Source: Calcarisporiella thermophila CBS 279.70
Lineage: Eukaryota; Fungi; Calcarisporiellomycota
DNA length: 64,000 nt
Reading direction: 5' to 3'
NCBI RefSeq assembly: GCF_041956535.1
Contig: NW_027192200.1
Coordinates: forward strand, 329,477 to 393,476
This document shows, in pieces, positions 25,256 to 39,959 of the stretch (within the stretch, counting starts at the first letter, position 1; each line of letters opens with the position of its first letter). Below the pieces are notes generated by a model. The model was not told where the DNA came from. It made no database searches and saw only the letters and a list, made by a program, of their open reading frames with translations. The position numbers were made by a program, and so were the translations under genes.

Positions 25256-26716
25256 CATATATAATGCACTGCTCACTTTCTGCATTAGCATTATATTTTG
25301 ACTTTTGAAAACGCAATATAGTGATATACAATAACTGATCTGAACTGGCGCAATATTGCCTACCCAAGCGGATTTTGTCGATCACTTTGCACTCAACCGC
25401 CACGATGATGGGGCATTCTTTTGTCTCATTTTTCGCTTATCAGTAATTCCGATTATTTGGCGAGAGGACAAATTCGAAAATTGCTTATGGTAGACCACCA
25501 AAATGGAGAGCAGACAGTGTTCTTGACATTTTCGCAAGAAATTGAAGCCGCAACTAGCGAGGTATCCCACGATTGCAATGTCCATAGAAATTCAATAATG
25601 CCAAAGTAGATGCAACTAGACTTTTGGAAGTAAGAGCAGTTGTATGTTTGCCGAAAGTTGTTGTCTATGTTTCACTTCTGTGAGATATATGATAATTTTA
25701 TTTCTCGATAACTGCTTAATATGCCAATAATATTATTAATAATTTCCCATTAAAAACTTTCATTAATTTGCTGTTCAGATTACCATTGCCCTTTCAATGA
25801 ATAAAGTCAATTTCAGGCAATGAGAACAGTTCTTTGGGGAAAACTTAATCTTTGATGGACAAGAGAGATAGCTTTTACTTTGCGTTCTTGATTGAATAAT
25901 ATATGTTGTTATTAGAGAAATATAATCAGAGGAAAGCTAAGATTACGGAAGCAAAGCTATGAAATAGAATGATAGAATGCTACGTCGATTTAAATATTGT
26001 GCATAACGCCTTTGAACACTACAGTTGTAGTCAACCCCGGAATATTGTGATGTCAGAGCCCTTTTCCATTGCAAGAAATTCACGCTCGGCTCAAATGTCT
26101 TTTAATTTCTTTGCTTAACTACACATTTTAATTTTGATAGAGAACCTGTGGTGAATAATAACGGGATCCTCCAGCATCCAGCGGAGCTTTCAATTTGTGC
26201 TTCGCAGCCTATTTTGATAAAACTGGGATCAGCGGTAGTATTACAACTACTACACATGGTGTTATTCGAATAGTTACGATTTTCGCAAATTCGACGGGGA
26301 CAGTGGTGAGCGTCCCCTCAAACCGGGCCAGCCCAAGTTCCGCATAATGAAAGAGCTTACCGAAGACTCGGTAAGGAGAAAAGTTTACTAAAAAAAACCA
26401 AATACATTCATATTTAAATTTAACTTACGGTGAAGTCCGTACAGAAAACTAGATTGAAACGTTTGACAACAGCGGTGGCTGGATTTTTTGAATGAGATTC
26501 GAAATGACACGGTTTAGTAGCTTGTAGAGTACACAGCCTTTTGTTTTTAGAATAGAACGCAATCAACCAATAGAACAGGCAATTGCTAAGCAGGATAGAG
26601 GGCACATAAGCACATATAATTACACAAAAACAAACTTTCTATGCCTGCTATTGAGCCGTGGGTTTGAAAGCTGCCAGTTGATGCACATGCTTTGCCCAAG
26701 TGATTTGATTATAGAA

Positions 26717-27837
26717 TTACTTCATTGCCAAAGCAATTTTCCCTCGCACTCCTTTCTCCGACTCTTCCTGTGCCCTCGCTCCTTCAGCTAGCGCATATGT
26801 CTGCGTCACCACTCCCTTAAATTTGTCTCCTGCCTCCTCAATAAACTGCATCATCTCCCCAAAATCCTTTACAGGAAGGGAGGAAATAAATTTATATTTT
26901 CCATCGAAAATCATTTTCAATCCGACATTGGTAACCGCTTTGGCAAGGCTCAAAACACCAAGGCGTTCAGCCCCAATATGACTGATGGGACCGACGGCTG
27001 TGACGTACCGTCCAGTCTTTTTGAGCAAAGGTTTGGCTCGGTAATAATAGTCATCGCCTCCAACCAGATCAAGGACCACATCAAACTGCTCTTCGGCAGC
27101 GAGCTCTTTCTCGAATGCTTGCTTGGTGTAATCTATGACACGGTCCGCGCCCATCTCTTTGACGTATTCTTCATTTTTCCCCGAACACACTCCCACAACG
27201 TAGGCGCCTGCTAGTTTCGCAAATTGTGTTGCAAATACTCCGACACCTCCCGAAGCACCTAAGATGAGTACACGCCTAGAGCCAGGCGGTGTGACAGAGC
27301 GGGGAAGAAGACCGAGATTGAAGAGTCCACTGAAAGCCGTAAGACCGGAAGTTCCAGCAGCTGCGGCCTCCTCAGAGGGAAGCTTCGAGGGACGTTTGGC
27401 GACACGCTCTTTAGTTGGATTGACGGCGATATACCTATCAAAAGATTTTAGCTCGATTAGTCTTCCGCCCGCGATTTTCAGCTGCAAGTGTGCAGATGTA
27501 AACATGACACCTACTCCGCGTACGTGCCCGATTCATATCCCGGTAATACCACTCCACAAACTTGGTCTCCTACACCGTATCCTTCAACGTCTTTGCCTAC
27601 TTCCACTACTTCTCCAGCGAAATCATTTCCAATAATGGCAGGGAGATTTAAACGAATCATAGGAAGATTGCCCTTTCGAATCTTCCATTCCACCGGATTA
27701 ATGGAGGAATGGCGAATTCGCACTAGAATTTGGTCGTTCGCGGGCCGTGGGGCTGGGACGGTGACCAGTTGAAGTACCGAAGGGTCGCCATGGGCCGTTA
27801 GCTGGAGGGCTTGCATTTGAGTAGATTCGGTCGTCAT
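26717..27837 (-). CDS. Zinc-independent MDR oxidoreductase (quinone/alkenal reductase, RTN4IP1-like), 2 exons
   Basis: SSINPVEWKIRKG, IIGNDFAGEV, GTYAEY, VLILGASGGVGVFATQFAK, GADRVIDY, RGKI. Confidence 0.9.
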
Positions 27838-28211
27838 TCTGATTATAATTTCGAAGAATGGAGCTAGTTGTGTTTAGAACAATATTTCCGAGCCATTTTC
27901 CCTGGATATTTAAGTATTCGGGGAAAATTAAAGTTGCGCTATTGCCTATTCTGTACTCGTTAGGGTTTTATGTAGAAAAAAACCCTGAGTAAAAGATATT
28001 AAATTGAGTATGAAAAAATGCCTAAATTTCATATATGAACAACGGAGCCTAATACATATATTATTGGTGATTAGAGATACATTTCGAGATTAACAGAATT
28101 ATATACAACAATAGATGAATCAATAGGGAAAAGAACAAAAGCGTAATACATTTCAATCAACAGTATTATCAACTATCCTACACATGAAATGATAATAGGT
28201 AATAGTAAAGA

Positions 28212-28469
28212 TTAACAATTGCACACATCTCTGCAATTGCATCCGATGCCGCTCCCTCGACATATACATGACGATGAATGGCTCCAAAAAACGCGATGCC
28301 GATTTTTGAAATCAGGAGAGCATGGTGGCGAACTAGAAAATGAGCGCGATGTTAGAGATGCCTCAGAAGGACGCCGCTGATTTTGAATGGGAACGGGAAC
28401 GGGAACAGGAGCGGTAGTCGGGTTGGGTGGCCGTTGATGGCTAGGCACAGGATTTTCCTGTTGAGACAT
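28212..28469 (-). CDS. Small Pro-rich protein with Cys-rich C-terminus (CxC-CxC-CxC)
   Basis: Intact 85-aa ATG ORF ending SCICRGSGIGCNCRDVCNC* within AT-rich flanks. Confidence 0.55.
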   Translation of the reverse strand: MSQQENPVPSHQRPPNPTTAPVPVPVPIQNQRRPSEASLTSRSFSSSPPCSPDFKNRHRVFWSHSSSCICRGSGIGCNCRDVCNC

Positions 28470-29268
28470 GCGTGGAAGTTAAAAATAAGAGCAAGAGAAA
28501 AAAAAGGGGGAGGGTGGAAAGGGATTTTGTTTTGTTGCGTGTGAGAATTGTGGAATGGAAATAGAAGTCTATGGCAGAGAGGCGGTTTTAATAACCAGTC
28601 TTATTTCTTATGGAGAATTAGGTGACTTGGCGCCTTCCGAGATTTTCCAAATCATGTCTCAATTCTCCCAGTAAACCTTAGATTATGATATCACTAGCCA
28701 TTTGCAGACAACAGCAGTTCTAAAATGCAAGTCACGCCGAAAAGATGAAAGCAGATCTCAAGTCAGAACTTAGTTTATCGTAGAGTCGGCTAATCTCTCT
28801 CAGGAAACTGTTCCCTTGCTCCATACGCCCATGAACATAATGCTGACACTAACTTTCTTGGCCGCATGACAGTTAATACGCATGTGCCCTGATAAACAGA
28901 GGATCTTGTCACCATATTTGTACTAGAAATTAAGATCGGTACTGCCAAGAGGGCACGGATCTTAATTTTTTTCGATCCTTCGTCCCTCTTTAAGGATCGT
29001 CAAGATGGGAATTCCATTACAAATGGAAGAAAATGATAAGGGTATGCGAGTCAAACTTTCAGAAATGACCATTTGATTTACAGTCCTAAGAGGATATGAG
29101 CGTATGTACTTTGTGTATTCTTTTAAAAATACAACTTAAACGACATTAAAGTCAAAAAGAAATTTCGTAAGTTTCCCAATCCTATCCACAATTAACGGAC
29201 TGGTTTAATTGTTTGGTTACAGGGAGACAGGTTGTAGAGAATGGCCGGATCAATCTCATAGTGTCTCT

Positions 29269-30707
<1,439 letters not shown>

Positions 30708-31868
30708 TGGGTAGCTGCTGGGAGATTTTCGGGAAATGAACGTATCGAAAGAGAAATGGCTCCAAAGTGGACGCGACCTTTATATTTTATTTTATTGTTC
30801 TTCGGATTTCTAAACAGTCACAAATGAAGCCTCACTTGTCGAGAATTAAACAAGTATATCAGAGACATTAAAATTTAAGCTTTGAGAAAGTGATGGAAAA
30901 ATGGAAGGCGAAGTCTGACCCTATATCTTATCAGTACTTATAGAATGGAGAAACAATATACACATGTCTCAATATCGCACGCAAATTAAAAACTTTCCTC
31001 GATTGTAACGATATGCGTACATACGAACATCATTATATCCACTGTATAACAGATTATTATGGTTTGTCTTCTCGACCTTTCAATTTCGCTGCCACTACCA
31101 GTGGGCTACAAGTATTCCACATAGTCTATTTATATATTCTTGCTCTACCTAATCTTTGAATATTCCCAAAATGCTCACCCTATTTGGCATATCGATTGTG
31201 TTGACATCTTCAAAGGTGAAGATCAATTTTGAAATACCAATGTTGCAGCTAACAAACTCTTTTGATCAAGAAGAAACTACGAAAGGATAGCTTCGATCTT
31301 ATTCTTTATTCATTTAAAAGGCTTGGTAGAAAAGTTCCAATATCAAAATAGAAAATTTCAGGTCTTTCTACCATTTAAAAGATATTTATTTAGTCAATAA
31401 ATGGGTGCTCAAGGAATATCATCTAGTTTGGATTAAATACAGTTACAATTGACATATACAACTGGTTCAAAATAAAAAAATAATCATGGTAGGCATTCTC
31501 CTGGCACCTCTGAGATGTTGGAGATACCTCCACGCCAGCCTCATTCATTTTTCTCTATAGAACTATATATAAGTATATGGTGGTGATAGAATATATGTAA
31601 CAATCTCATTCAACCGTCAATTTTACAGCTTAGCATTTCCAATAACTTGAAGAAGAATAGGGTCTTGGGAAAGATATCCCATTATAAAGTAATTTTGACC
31701 TTGTGTAGTGGTGGCAAAATACCGAGAGCCAACGTCACAAGGTTAGTCAACAGAAATTCGGTTGGGCAGTCACGACGTATTCCTGTGCATTTTCAAATGT
31801 CATTTTGAGAAGTATTGCTTAGGAATTAAAGCATTGATAGGTTTGTTCTTGGTGGTGAGAAGTTGGAA

Positions 31869-32907
31869 ATGCCACGATCATTAACGGGACATCCCGATCT
31901 GGTTTGTACACCAACAAGCTTTTGTTTTACCGCAATTTTGAATTTCCATTACTAATTGCTTACTTAGGATCAAGGTATCGCAGGTTTCGGGGCGGGTGCA
32001 ATATCCACCATTTTACTACATCCACTGGATCTAATTAAAACCCGGTTTCAAGGTAATTTACACATAGGCATCTGCTGGCAATCTGTGTTCCTAAACCAAG
32101 ATTGATACATTAGTGGAAGAATCTCGCCGTGGAGTCAAGAGAGCAAAAATTGGTGGAACTTTTCGTGCATTTCGTTCCATTCTGAAAGAGGAGGGATTCC
32201 AGAAAGGGCTATATCGAGGACTCTCTCCCAACTTCGCGGGTGCTACGACGAGCTGGGGGCTCTATTTCCTATTTTACAGTAGCATCAAGCGTCGAATGCG
32301 TTCCTCTGACAGTGAAAAATTGAATGCGGGGCAACACCTTCTTGCCGCCGCTGGGGCCGGTATCGTCACCCAATTTTGTACGAACCCAATCTGGGTCGTC
32401 AAAACACGCATGTGCGCAACCGCCCAGAAGGAGACCGGGGCGTACCGGGGCCTATTGGACGGATTGTATCAAATAGCGCGCTATGAAGGAATCCGCGGTC
32501 TGTACAAGGGCATGGTTCCAGCGATATTTGGAACATCTCATGGAGCGATCCAGTTCATGGCTTATGAGGAAATGAAAAAATGGCGCGCCAGCCTTCGTCC
32601 CCATAAAGACCCACAACTCGATAACACCGAATATCTGGCCATGGCTGCATCCTCCAAAATGTTCGCCATTATTGTCACCTACCCCTATCAGGTTATCCGG
32701 GCACGCCTCCAGTTCCAACGGCTGGAGCGAAAATACGAGGGCATTGGTGATCTGATCCGCAAAATGTATCGCATCGAGGGGACGGGATCGTTCTATCGCG
32801 GTTTAGCCCCCAATCTACTGAGGACCCTCCCGGGAACGTGTGTTACTTTTTTAGCCTACGAGAATTTATTGAGAATATTCCGTGCGTGGGGAACGGTAGA
32901 GATTTAA
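31869..32907 (+). CDS. FLX1: Mitochondrial FAD/folate carrier (SLC25A32), 3 exons
   Basis: AGFGAGAISTILLHPLDLIKTRFQ, SWGLYFLFY, TNPIWVVKTRM, SHGAIQFMAYEE, TYPYQVIRARLQ. Confidence 0.9.
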
Positions 32908-33177
32908 AAATGATTATCATTTTGGATTTTATTTAGACTATATATGTTTTTTTATCTGCTTTGTTCTATTTCTTTTGCTCTGTAATCTCTTTTGCATTAA
33001 TACCCCATAGATAAAAAAATCTATAGAGCTGTGTTCATGCGCAACTATTTATATATGTATTTAAACGGGAAATATAGGGAAAAGTAGTCAAGAGAAATAA
33101 AAATTAAAACAAAATGTACAAGAGGACCATGAAAAAAAAAGTTCTCGAAAATCTAAAAAAGGGCCGCACGTACCGTG

Positions 33178-35137
33178 CTACATATGCTTTCCGACTTGAC
33201 TTGGTAAGAAGAAGGCATTCCTCCCTTCACCGTCTCCATCCCTTGCCCCAGATGACCCCACCGAGGCCACATCATCTCCTCCACCCGGTCCTGCCTTCCC
33301 GCTCGTGAATTTCTCCACAGTGTCCCCGGGTCGATTTCGTGTCCAAAATCGGGTCGTGCAATCACTAGACCCTGACACGAGAATATGTCCCAGTGGATGC
33401 CAATCTAGTGCCCACACGTTGTTCTCGTGCGCATTCTCTTGACAGCCCACATTCGTTTCCTCCCCTACCAGCCAAAATGTGAGGGAACCCTCGGAACCGC
33501 CGGTGGCAAGCAAGCGCTCATGCACTGGGTGCCACGCCAAGGCTAAAAGTGGAGCATATTAAAAGGTTAACTTTTCAAATGTTTATGCGTTGCAATCACC
33601 TAAACAGATAATTACAAGTTATGTCCCGTTTATGTCCTTTAAATGTGAACATTTCGCGCATCATCCTGATATCGTATATTTTAATTTGCTGATCCCTACC
33701 CCCCGTAGCTAACCAATTCCCGTTCTTATTCCACTCCAAACCTTGGATGGTGTTCTTGTGGCCGTGTAATGTCGTGAGCGTTTTCCCTGTTTTTGGATCC
33801 CACAGCTTGACGAGATTGTCTTTACTCCCTGATGCCAGAAGCCCCTTGTAGGGGTGCCAGTCTACACATTTTACGTCCCAGCCGTGACCTTGGATGGTGG
33901 AAAGGTTAGTTACTGGCCAGCATCGTGAGTAAACCTTAGCAAAAGCAAACGCCATTTTACCTGTCAAGGTCCTTTCCTCAATGCCTTCGTTGAAATTCCA
34001 AATTTTAATGGTTCCATCATCAGAACAAGATGCAAACCGCGCATCCGAAGGTGAGAATCTGTCATCGATCCCCCCAAATCATGTCAAGGTTAGTTCTAGT
34101 CGCAATTACTTTAATCAAAAACCAACTCACGTAATATCCCGCACAGGTTCGCGATGCCCCTGGATTACTTTTAGATTGTTCATGTTCGATTGCCAGTATT
34201 TAATGAAGCCACCGTGGTCTCCGGTCACCATCCACGTGTCATTGTGGCTCCAGCGCATTGCGCGCACTGCTGAGTCGTGAGCCTGCAGGATAGTTTCAAA
34301 ATTGAATGTGAGGCCGTTCCAGAGTGTAAATTCGCCGCTGAAGGAGCCTGTCACGAGACGACGACCTTCGGGTGTCCACTATCAAGGATAAGTGTAAAGA
34401 AAATATTTCTAAGCATTGAAAGGGCGATATATAACCCCAGAACCGAAACTTACTCGTGCCACATTGACTGCAAAACGCTGCTTGTTAGTTGAAGTATGCA
34501 CCCATTTGGTTGTGATGGCATTCATAGGGTTATCGAGGTAAGCGCAAGGAGATAATAACTAGAGAAATATATGTAATTCATTATTAATAAAATGCAAGCA
34601 AAGCATCAACCTCCATAAGTTCAATGGAGAGGAAAAAGGGCAAAAGAAAATTGAAACAAGAAAAAATAAAATACTCACATCAATAACATATGCAGGATCG
34701 GGTCTTAGCCGCTTTCGATCTCTGTGATCTCTTGTAAAAACCATATCCTAGTAGCATTAAACATCATAGCCATGGTTCTTTTACTTTTCTTTCATGGAGA
34801 AGTGTGAAAATGCAATCTTTACCTGCAAATATCGTCCCACGCTGCTCGCATAATTAACAGTTCTTCGCTCTACTCTCTTTCTCATCTGTTTTCCATCATA
34901 GTTTTGTGTTTTCATACCACCACCTTGCGACTGCATCTGCATTTGCATTTGGAGTAGTACATCAGGGGGGATCTGTGGAATATCTTGTTGCTGCTGTTGC
35001 TGTTGTTGTTGCGGGTGTGAGTGTTGTTGCTGGTGCGATTGATAGGGCCGTTTCTGTCGCCGCTGGTTATTTTGAGGTAAAGAATAAGAGTCGTAGCCCG
35101 ATGGAGTCGGGTGCTGGGATGCCTGATACTGGTACAT
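33178..35137 (-). CDS. PFS2: Polyadenylation factor subunit 2 (WDR33), WD40, multi-exon
   Basis: [89 protein letters not shown]. Confidence 0.95.
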
Positions 35138-35309
35138 GATGGTTTGGGATTAATTAATATTCAGGATCACGATTCCCTAGCTAAGTTAGGATTTCTTTAA
35201 AAGAGGTGGTAATGAGGCGCAGCACTATAAGTTTAAACTCTTACCTCCCAACTCACGGGCTGCCAAATAATTCTATTCTCGATTACTGTTGGAAACAGGT
35301 CGCATAATC

Positions 35310-35924
35310 ATGGGGACAACCGATCCTACCCTCTCGACCCCTTTAATCTTTTCCGATTCTCCTTCTCCCTCCTCCATCCCGTCTCGGCCTATTCTCTCGC
35401 GAATCGCGAGTCCAAATCAGCGACCAGAAACCTATGGATCCCGAACGATGACTCTGCATCCGGAAGAGCTGGAAGAAAATGGTCAAGGTAGCGAAGAGGG
35501 AACTCCGCAACCTCCTGAGGAAGTAGGCACACTCCGTCTAAGTGGCGCCCCTGCCAATTCAGGGCGGAAAGTAAAATGGAGTGAAGATGTGGTTGACAAC
35601 GAACATTTGGGCAAAAAAAAGTCAAAGAGTATGTAGAGTTCCATTAGCTTCTTTTTCGGCGCCATGATTATGCTGGCTCTTATCACTAATCACATGGGTT
35701 GTCGGATAGTATGCTGTATCTACCGACGTCCTCATGCGTTTGATGAATCTTCTGAAGACGAGAGCTCGGGATCAGATTCCGATCATGATTGTGACGGCCA
35801 CGGCCACGGCCACCATCACAATCATAAACGTACACCGCGCTCTAGCAGCCCTAACGCGTACGAGCGGCAGCCCCGATACAGTAAAGACAAGAAAGGCAAA
35901 ACTCCAGCAAATCAGAACACATAG
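35310..35924 (+). CDS. YPI1: PP1 inhibitor-3 (Ypi1/PPP1R11), 2 exons
   Basis: [29 protein letters not shown]...DESS, SPNAYERQP. Confidence 0.93.
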
Positions 35925-37979
35925 GCAACATCGTTCCGTTTTTCCCCTCAATGGTTGTCTCCATACCTTTGTATTTTATTCTACTGTTACTGCATTTCTT
36001 TTCTCTGCTTTTGCTGCCCTTCTTTTTTGTTTACTTGTGTAGAAACTAAACTCATATTTAATAGATATCTCGGTTTCCTTTTTTTTTCAATACAACATCT
36101 TGGAATATCACTTATCTTCGATTCTGCCCCAAGTCTAAGTCTCGAGAAATTCATTTATTCCCGACCTTTTTTACGAAGTGTTTCCTGAGTTGTTAGTGAG
36201 ATAGAAAAGACTTTCACATCCTAGTCAACGCTCCTGGCGTAACCTGCTGTGGTTGGCCAGTGTGTAGGGGATAATTAAGATTTTGAAATCTAGCACGAAT
36301 TTAGATGGGGTGCTTACTAGATAGAAGAATGTACTTGATTTCCTTGTATTTTCAATACTAAACGCTCCGAAAAGAGTAAGAGGGCTGAAAAAAGGACTCA
36401 CTACCCATATCCTGGATGACAGCATAGATCTATGATCCAGTTTGACCGCTGAGGAAGCTAAATGTCTGATTGCTCACCGTTGAAGAGTATTCAAGTCAGT
36501 ATCGAATGGACTAAGCATTATGTTTTTTATAGTTATCGTTTCTCATGGATATACTGCAGCCATTGGTTTGCATATCCGGCCTCCTCGATTCAGTTTTCGA
36601 CTGCCAGGCGCTCAGATATTGTCTGGAAATCGAGTTTGCCAACTCTTGATACCTGGAACAAATGATGCCATATAAACGATTTTGGCATAGTGCCTCGTTG
36701 GCATTTTGAGAATCCATCACTTCATATCCAAACATGAAGGCTTTGACCAAAATTTGAAAACCATATTAACAGATTGCTCTTACAAGTTCCTAGGGGCTTT
36801 TTTTTTACATTTGTTTGACTATGATTTTGATTGACTCAATTGTCAGGATCTGAATTTAGGAAAGACGGGTCTCTCTTGTCTCCAATGTTGGAGAGCACGA
36901 CTCTCCCTTCATCCATTCTTTTTGTTCAATGTCGAATATTACTATATTCATGAATTAGAGTGATATAATATGCATTAACTAATTTATCTTTTGTACTCTG
37001 CGGGTGATCACCCGTGTCTTCATAGCTGTTCAGTACTCTGCACTTTCCTAACAGGCCCTTTGCAAAGTGCTGCTCGTAGCTTCTCGACCTGTACAGAATA
37101 AACTTGTGGAAAATATTTGATAGGGGACGCGTAGATAAATCGCAATCTTGGTTCATGATAGTATCGAATGCCAAGGTAAGCAGCTCAACCCCTCTACGCG
37201 AACTTGGAATGGTTCCTGTCTTGAGGTTTTAGGCTTCAGCTGGAGTGCAAGTCGAGTTTCAGGGCGTAATATGGCCTTGAGCAAGCATGCATTCGGATGA
37301 AACCACGTAAAGCCCCGGCTTCTTCGGCATATTATCGCCGGATGCATCTGCAAATGGGAGAGCGGGCAGTGTCCAAAAGCTTTTGACATAAGCATTGCTT
37401 CTGCATCGAACCGGCCTGCGAGACCTCGCCACAAAACCAGTGGAGATGCGGCCCAGTGTTGGTGCCCTGGCGCTCAAAAGGGCGATTCGGCCTTAGCCGG
37501 ACGATTCAGCGGCTAGCAGGGCCAATTTGTCCCTTAGCTGGGTGGTGATACAGTGTCGACTGGCAGAGGTGTGCATTGCACACCTCGTGAGCCTAAGCCG
37601 AATTGGCGCGATTTTCCACGACGGTTAAAGAAGGAAGTTATTGACTGGCCCTGGTGTTGGCCAAGTGTTGGCCCGTTGGCTTTTAAGGAAAGAAACACCG
37701 CCCCACTACGACTCCACAAAAGTGATCTTCGCAATAAAACTGGAAAATGGCTCCAAGCCACGCGTTTCATGATTGGAACCTTAAAACGCTCTAAGCTGAC
37801 TTTTTTCACTCTTACTGAATTTAAAGTAATGCGTGCCTCTTTAATTTAATACTGAGAACATTACATCCCGGGTTCCCTCCCACCCCCCTACTGCCACCCC
37901 CTCTAATACCTTTTTTTTTTCCTCTTTCTCTCCTACAAAGCACATTTTACTTGCCCTTCTTTTCCCCATTTTTCCCCCC

Positions 37980-39428
37980 ATGCCTGGTCTTATTTCTCAT
38001 ATATCCACTTTAGTTTCACTCCGACGCTCCGGCTCTACCTCTGCCTCCATCATCACGAAAACTTCTGACCTCTCCGCCCCCAAATCCTGGCGAAGATGGC
38101 GCTCTGTACACGAGAAACGCAGAAAGCGTACCTCTTTCCTAAACCGATGTCAGAAGATTCTTGATGGCATGGGGCGTAGGTCGGAGGAGAGGTTCGACGA
38201 AGGGTATGATCAGCAAACCGTAGGCACCCGACGAATAGGTAACCAGAGGATATCTCCGAGATTCTGATTGGCATCCTCGCTCACCGCAGCCAATTGTGCT
38301 TTTCCCTTCTCAGACTTCTTAGGAAGCCTACCCTATGAACTTATCTTACATATTCAGAGCTTCATGGATGCCAAATCGGTGGCTCGCGCGTCGCTTGTCT
38401 CGAAGGAATGGAATCGCATGATGAATGATCCCAATCTATGGCGTACGTTCTATCTTGTCGAGTATCATCACTATGCTGTTCCGTTCCCCCTCAGCCCCTC
38501 CCACTGGAAGCAAATATATATTCTGCGGACAAGACTCGAGGCTCGGTGGCGCAAGGGCGACTGCACCACCCGCAGTGTGCTCGCCCACGGCGACAGCATC
38601 TACTGCTTGCAATATGATGACCAGAAAATTGTCACGGGGTCCCGCGATCGTACCATCAAGATCTGGGACTCGAATACCCTCAAGCTTTCGCGTACCCTCG
38701 AGGGAGCCCACACGGGGAGCATTCTATGTTTGCAGTATGACGATGAGCTGATGATATCCGGATCCAGCGATTCCACGTGTGTCCTGTGGTCGATGAAGAC
38801 TCTGAAGCCGCTTCAGCGCCTCACCGGCCACACCGGCGGCGTCCTCGATCTCTGCATGAATGAAAGGTGGATTGCCACGAGCTCGAAAGACGGCACAGTG
38901 CGCGTGTGGGACCGGGTGGAGAAGGTGTGCCTTAGGGTGTTGAGGGGCCATTCACGCCCCGTCAATGCGGTGCGAATGCATGGAAATCGAATTGTGTCGG
39001 CCTCAGGCGATGGCATCGCCAAACTCTGGTGCTTGGAGTCTGGGAAGACCCTCGCCACCTTCCGTGGGCACTCGCGGGGACTCGCTTGCGTGCTATTCGA
39101 TGGGCAGCGCATCATCACCGGCGGCAACGATCGATGTGTGAAGATATGGTCGGTGGATGGAAGCTGTCTGTTGACCCTCGAGGGACACACCGATCTCGTC
39201 CGCTCAATGCATCTCTACGGGCGCTATCTGGTGACGGGCTCCTACGACCAGACCATCCGAGTGTGGGATTTGGAGTGGGGCATGTGCGTGCTGTGCTTTG
39301 AAGACATTCATACTAGCTGGGTGTTTGACGTGAAATGCGATGCTCGCCGGATCATCAGCGCCAGCCAAGATCGCAAGCTTATCATGCTTGACTTTGGGCA
39401 TGGGATCGAAGCCTCTCCATTGGTCTGA
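37980..39428 (+). CDS. F-box/WD40 protein (beta-TrCP/Pof11/FWD-1-like); intron from ~38239 to 38289 or 38313
   Basis: DFLGSLPYELILHIQSFMD...VSKEW...LWR; HWKQIY..RLEARWRKG; seven WD40 repeats (HGDSIYCLQYDDQKIVTGSRDRTIKIWD). Confidence 0.9.
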
Positions 39429-39627
39429 GGAACAGTTTATGTGAGGCGATTTCATTGTTATCTTCACGATCTTTTATTAACCTACTTTTACCACGATAAG
39501 AAACCTATTTATGTAATTTATATGTTGAAACAATATTGCTTGCTTTGATCACTGTGTTGCATTTTTTTTTTTTGCTATGATTAATGTAATTTGTCTCTTG
39601 ATATCACCAACTAGTCGTCACCAACGC

Positions 39628-39738
39628 GAAAACTCCTGACTTCTCAGCTCCCATATCATGGTGAAGACTGCATTTGTACACGAGAAAACGCATAAATTAT
39701 ACCTCTTTCCTAAATCCAATATAAAAGATGATTGATGT
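39628..39738 (+). repeat. Degenerate direct copy of part of the F-box/WD40 first exon (38057-38167)
   Basis: gaaaactcctgacttctc...tgtacacgagaaaacgca...tacctctttcctaaa aligns by eye with gaaaacttctgacctctc...tgtacacgagaaacgca...tacctctttcctaaa. Confidence 0.85.
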
Positions 39739-39959
39739 CGACAACATCGTTAACTCACTAAATGGTGGGCATAAATAGACGCAATAAAATAAGTGCAAAA
39801 GAAATTTATTGAGTTATGGATTAGAGTATTCCTAAAGTCAGTTCTTTAACGTTAATCGTAAGTATATTCCATCCAAGATTTCAATACTGCACTTTCAGGG
39901 GAGCAATTGTACGGTACAATCGTAAATAATTGCCATTCGTAATACCAAAAAACCAAATC

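Noticed and set aside
26357-26376. Hairpin CTTACCGA-agac-TCGGTAAG as a Helitron 3' end
   Set aside because: No following CTRR terminus and no other Helitron evidence
36200-37600. Several short minus-strand ORFs between YPI1 and the F-box gene
   Set aside because: No recognisable motifs or consistent splice model; possibly a decayed gene but unsupported
38239-38313. In-frame TGA readthrough or selenocysteine between ORFs 37980-38267 and 38268-39428
   Set aside because: The TGA lies inside a phase-compatible GT-AG intron (GTAACC at 38239; CAG at 38289 or 38313)
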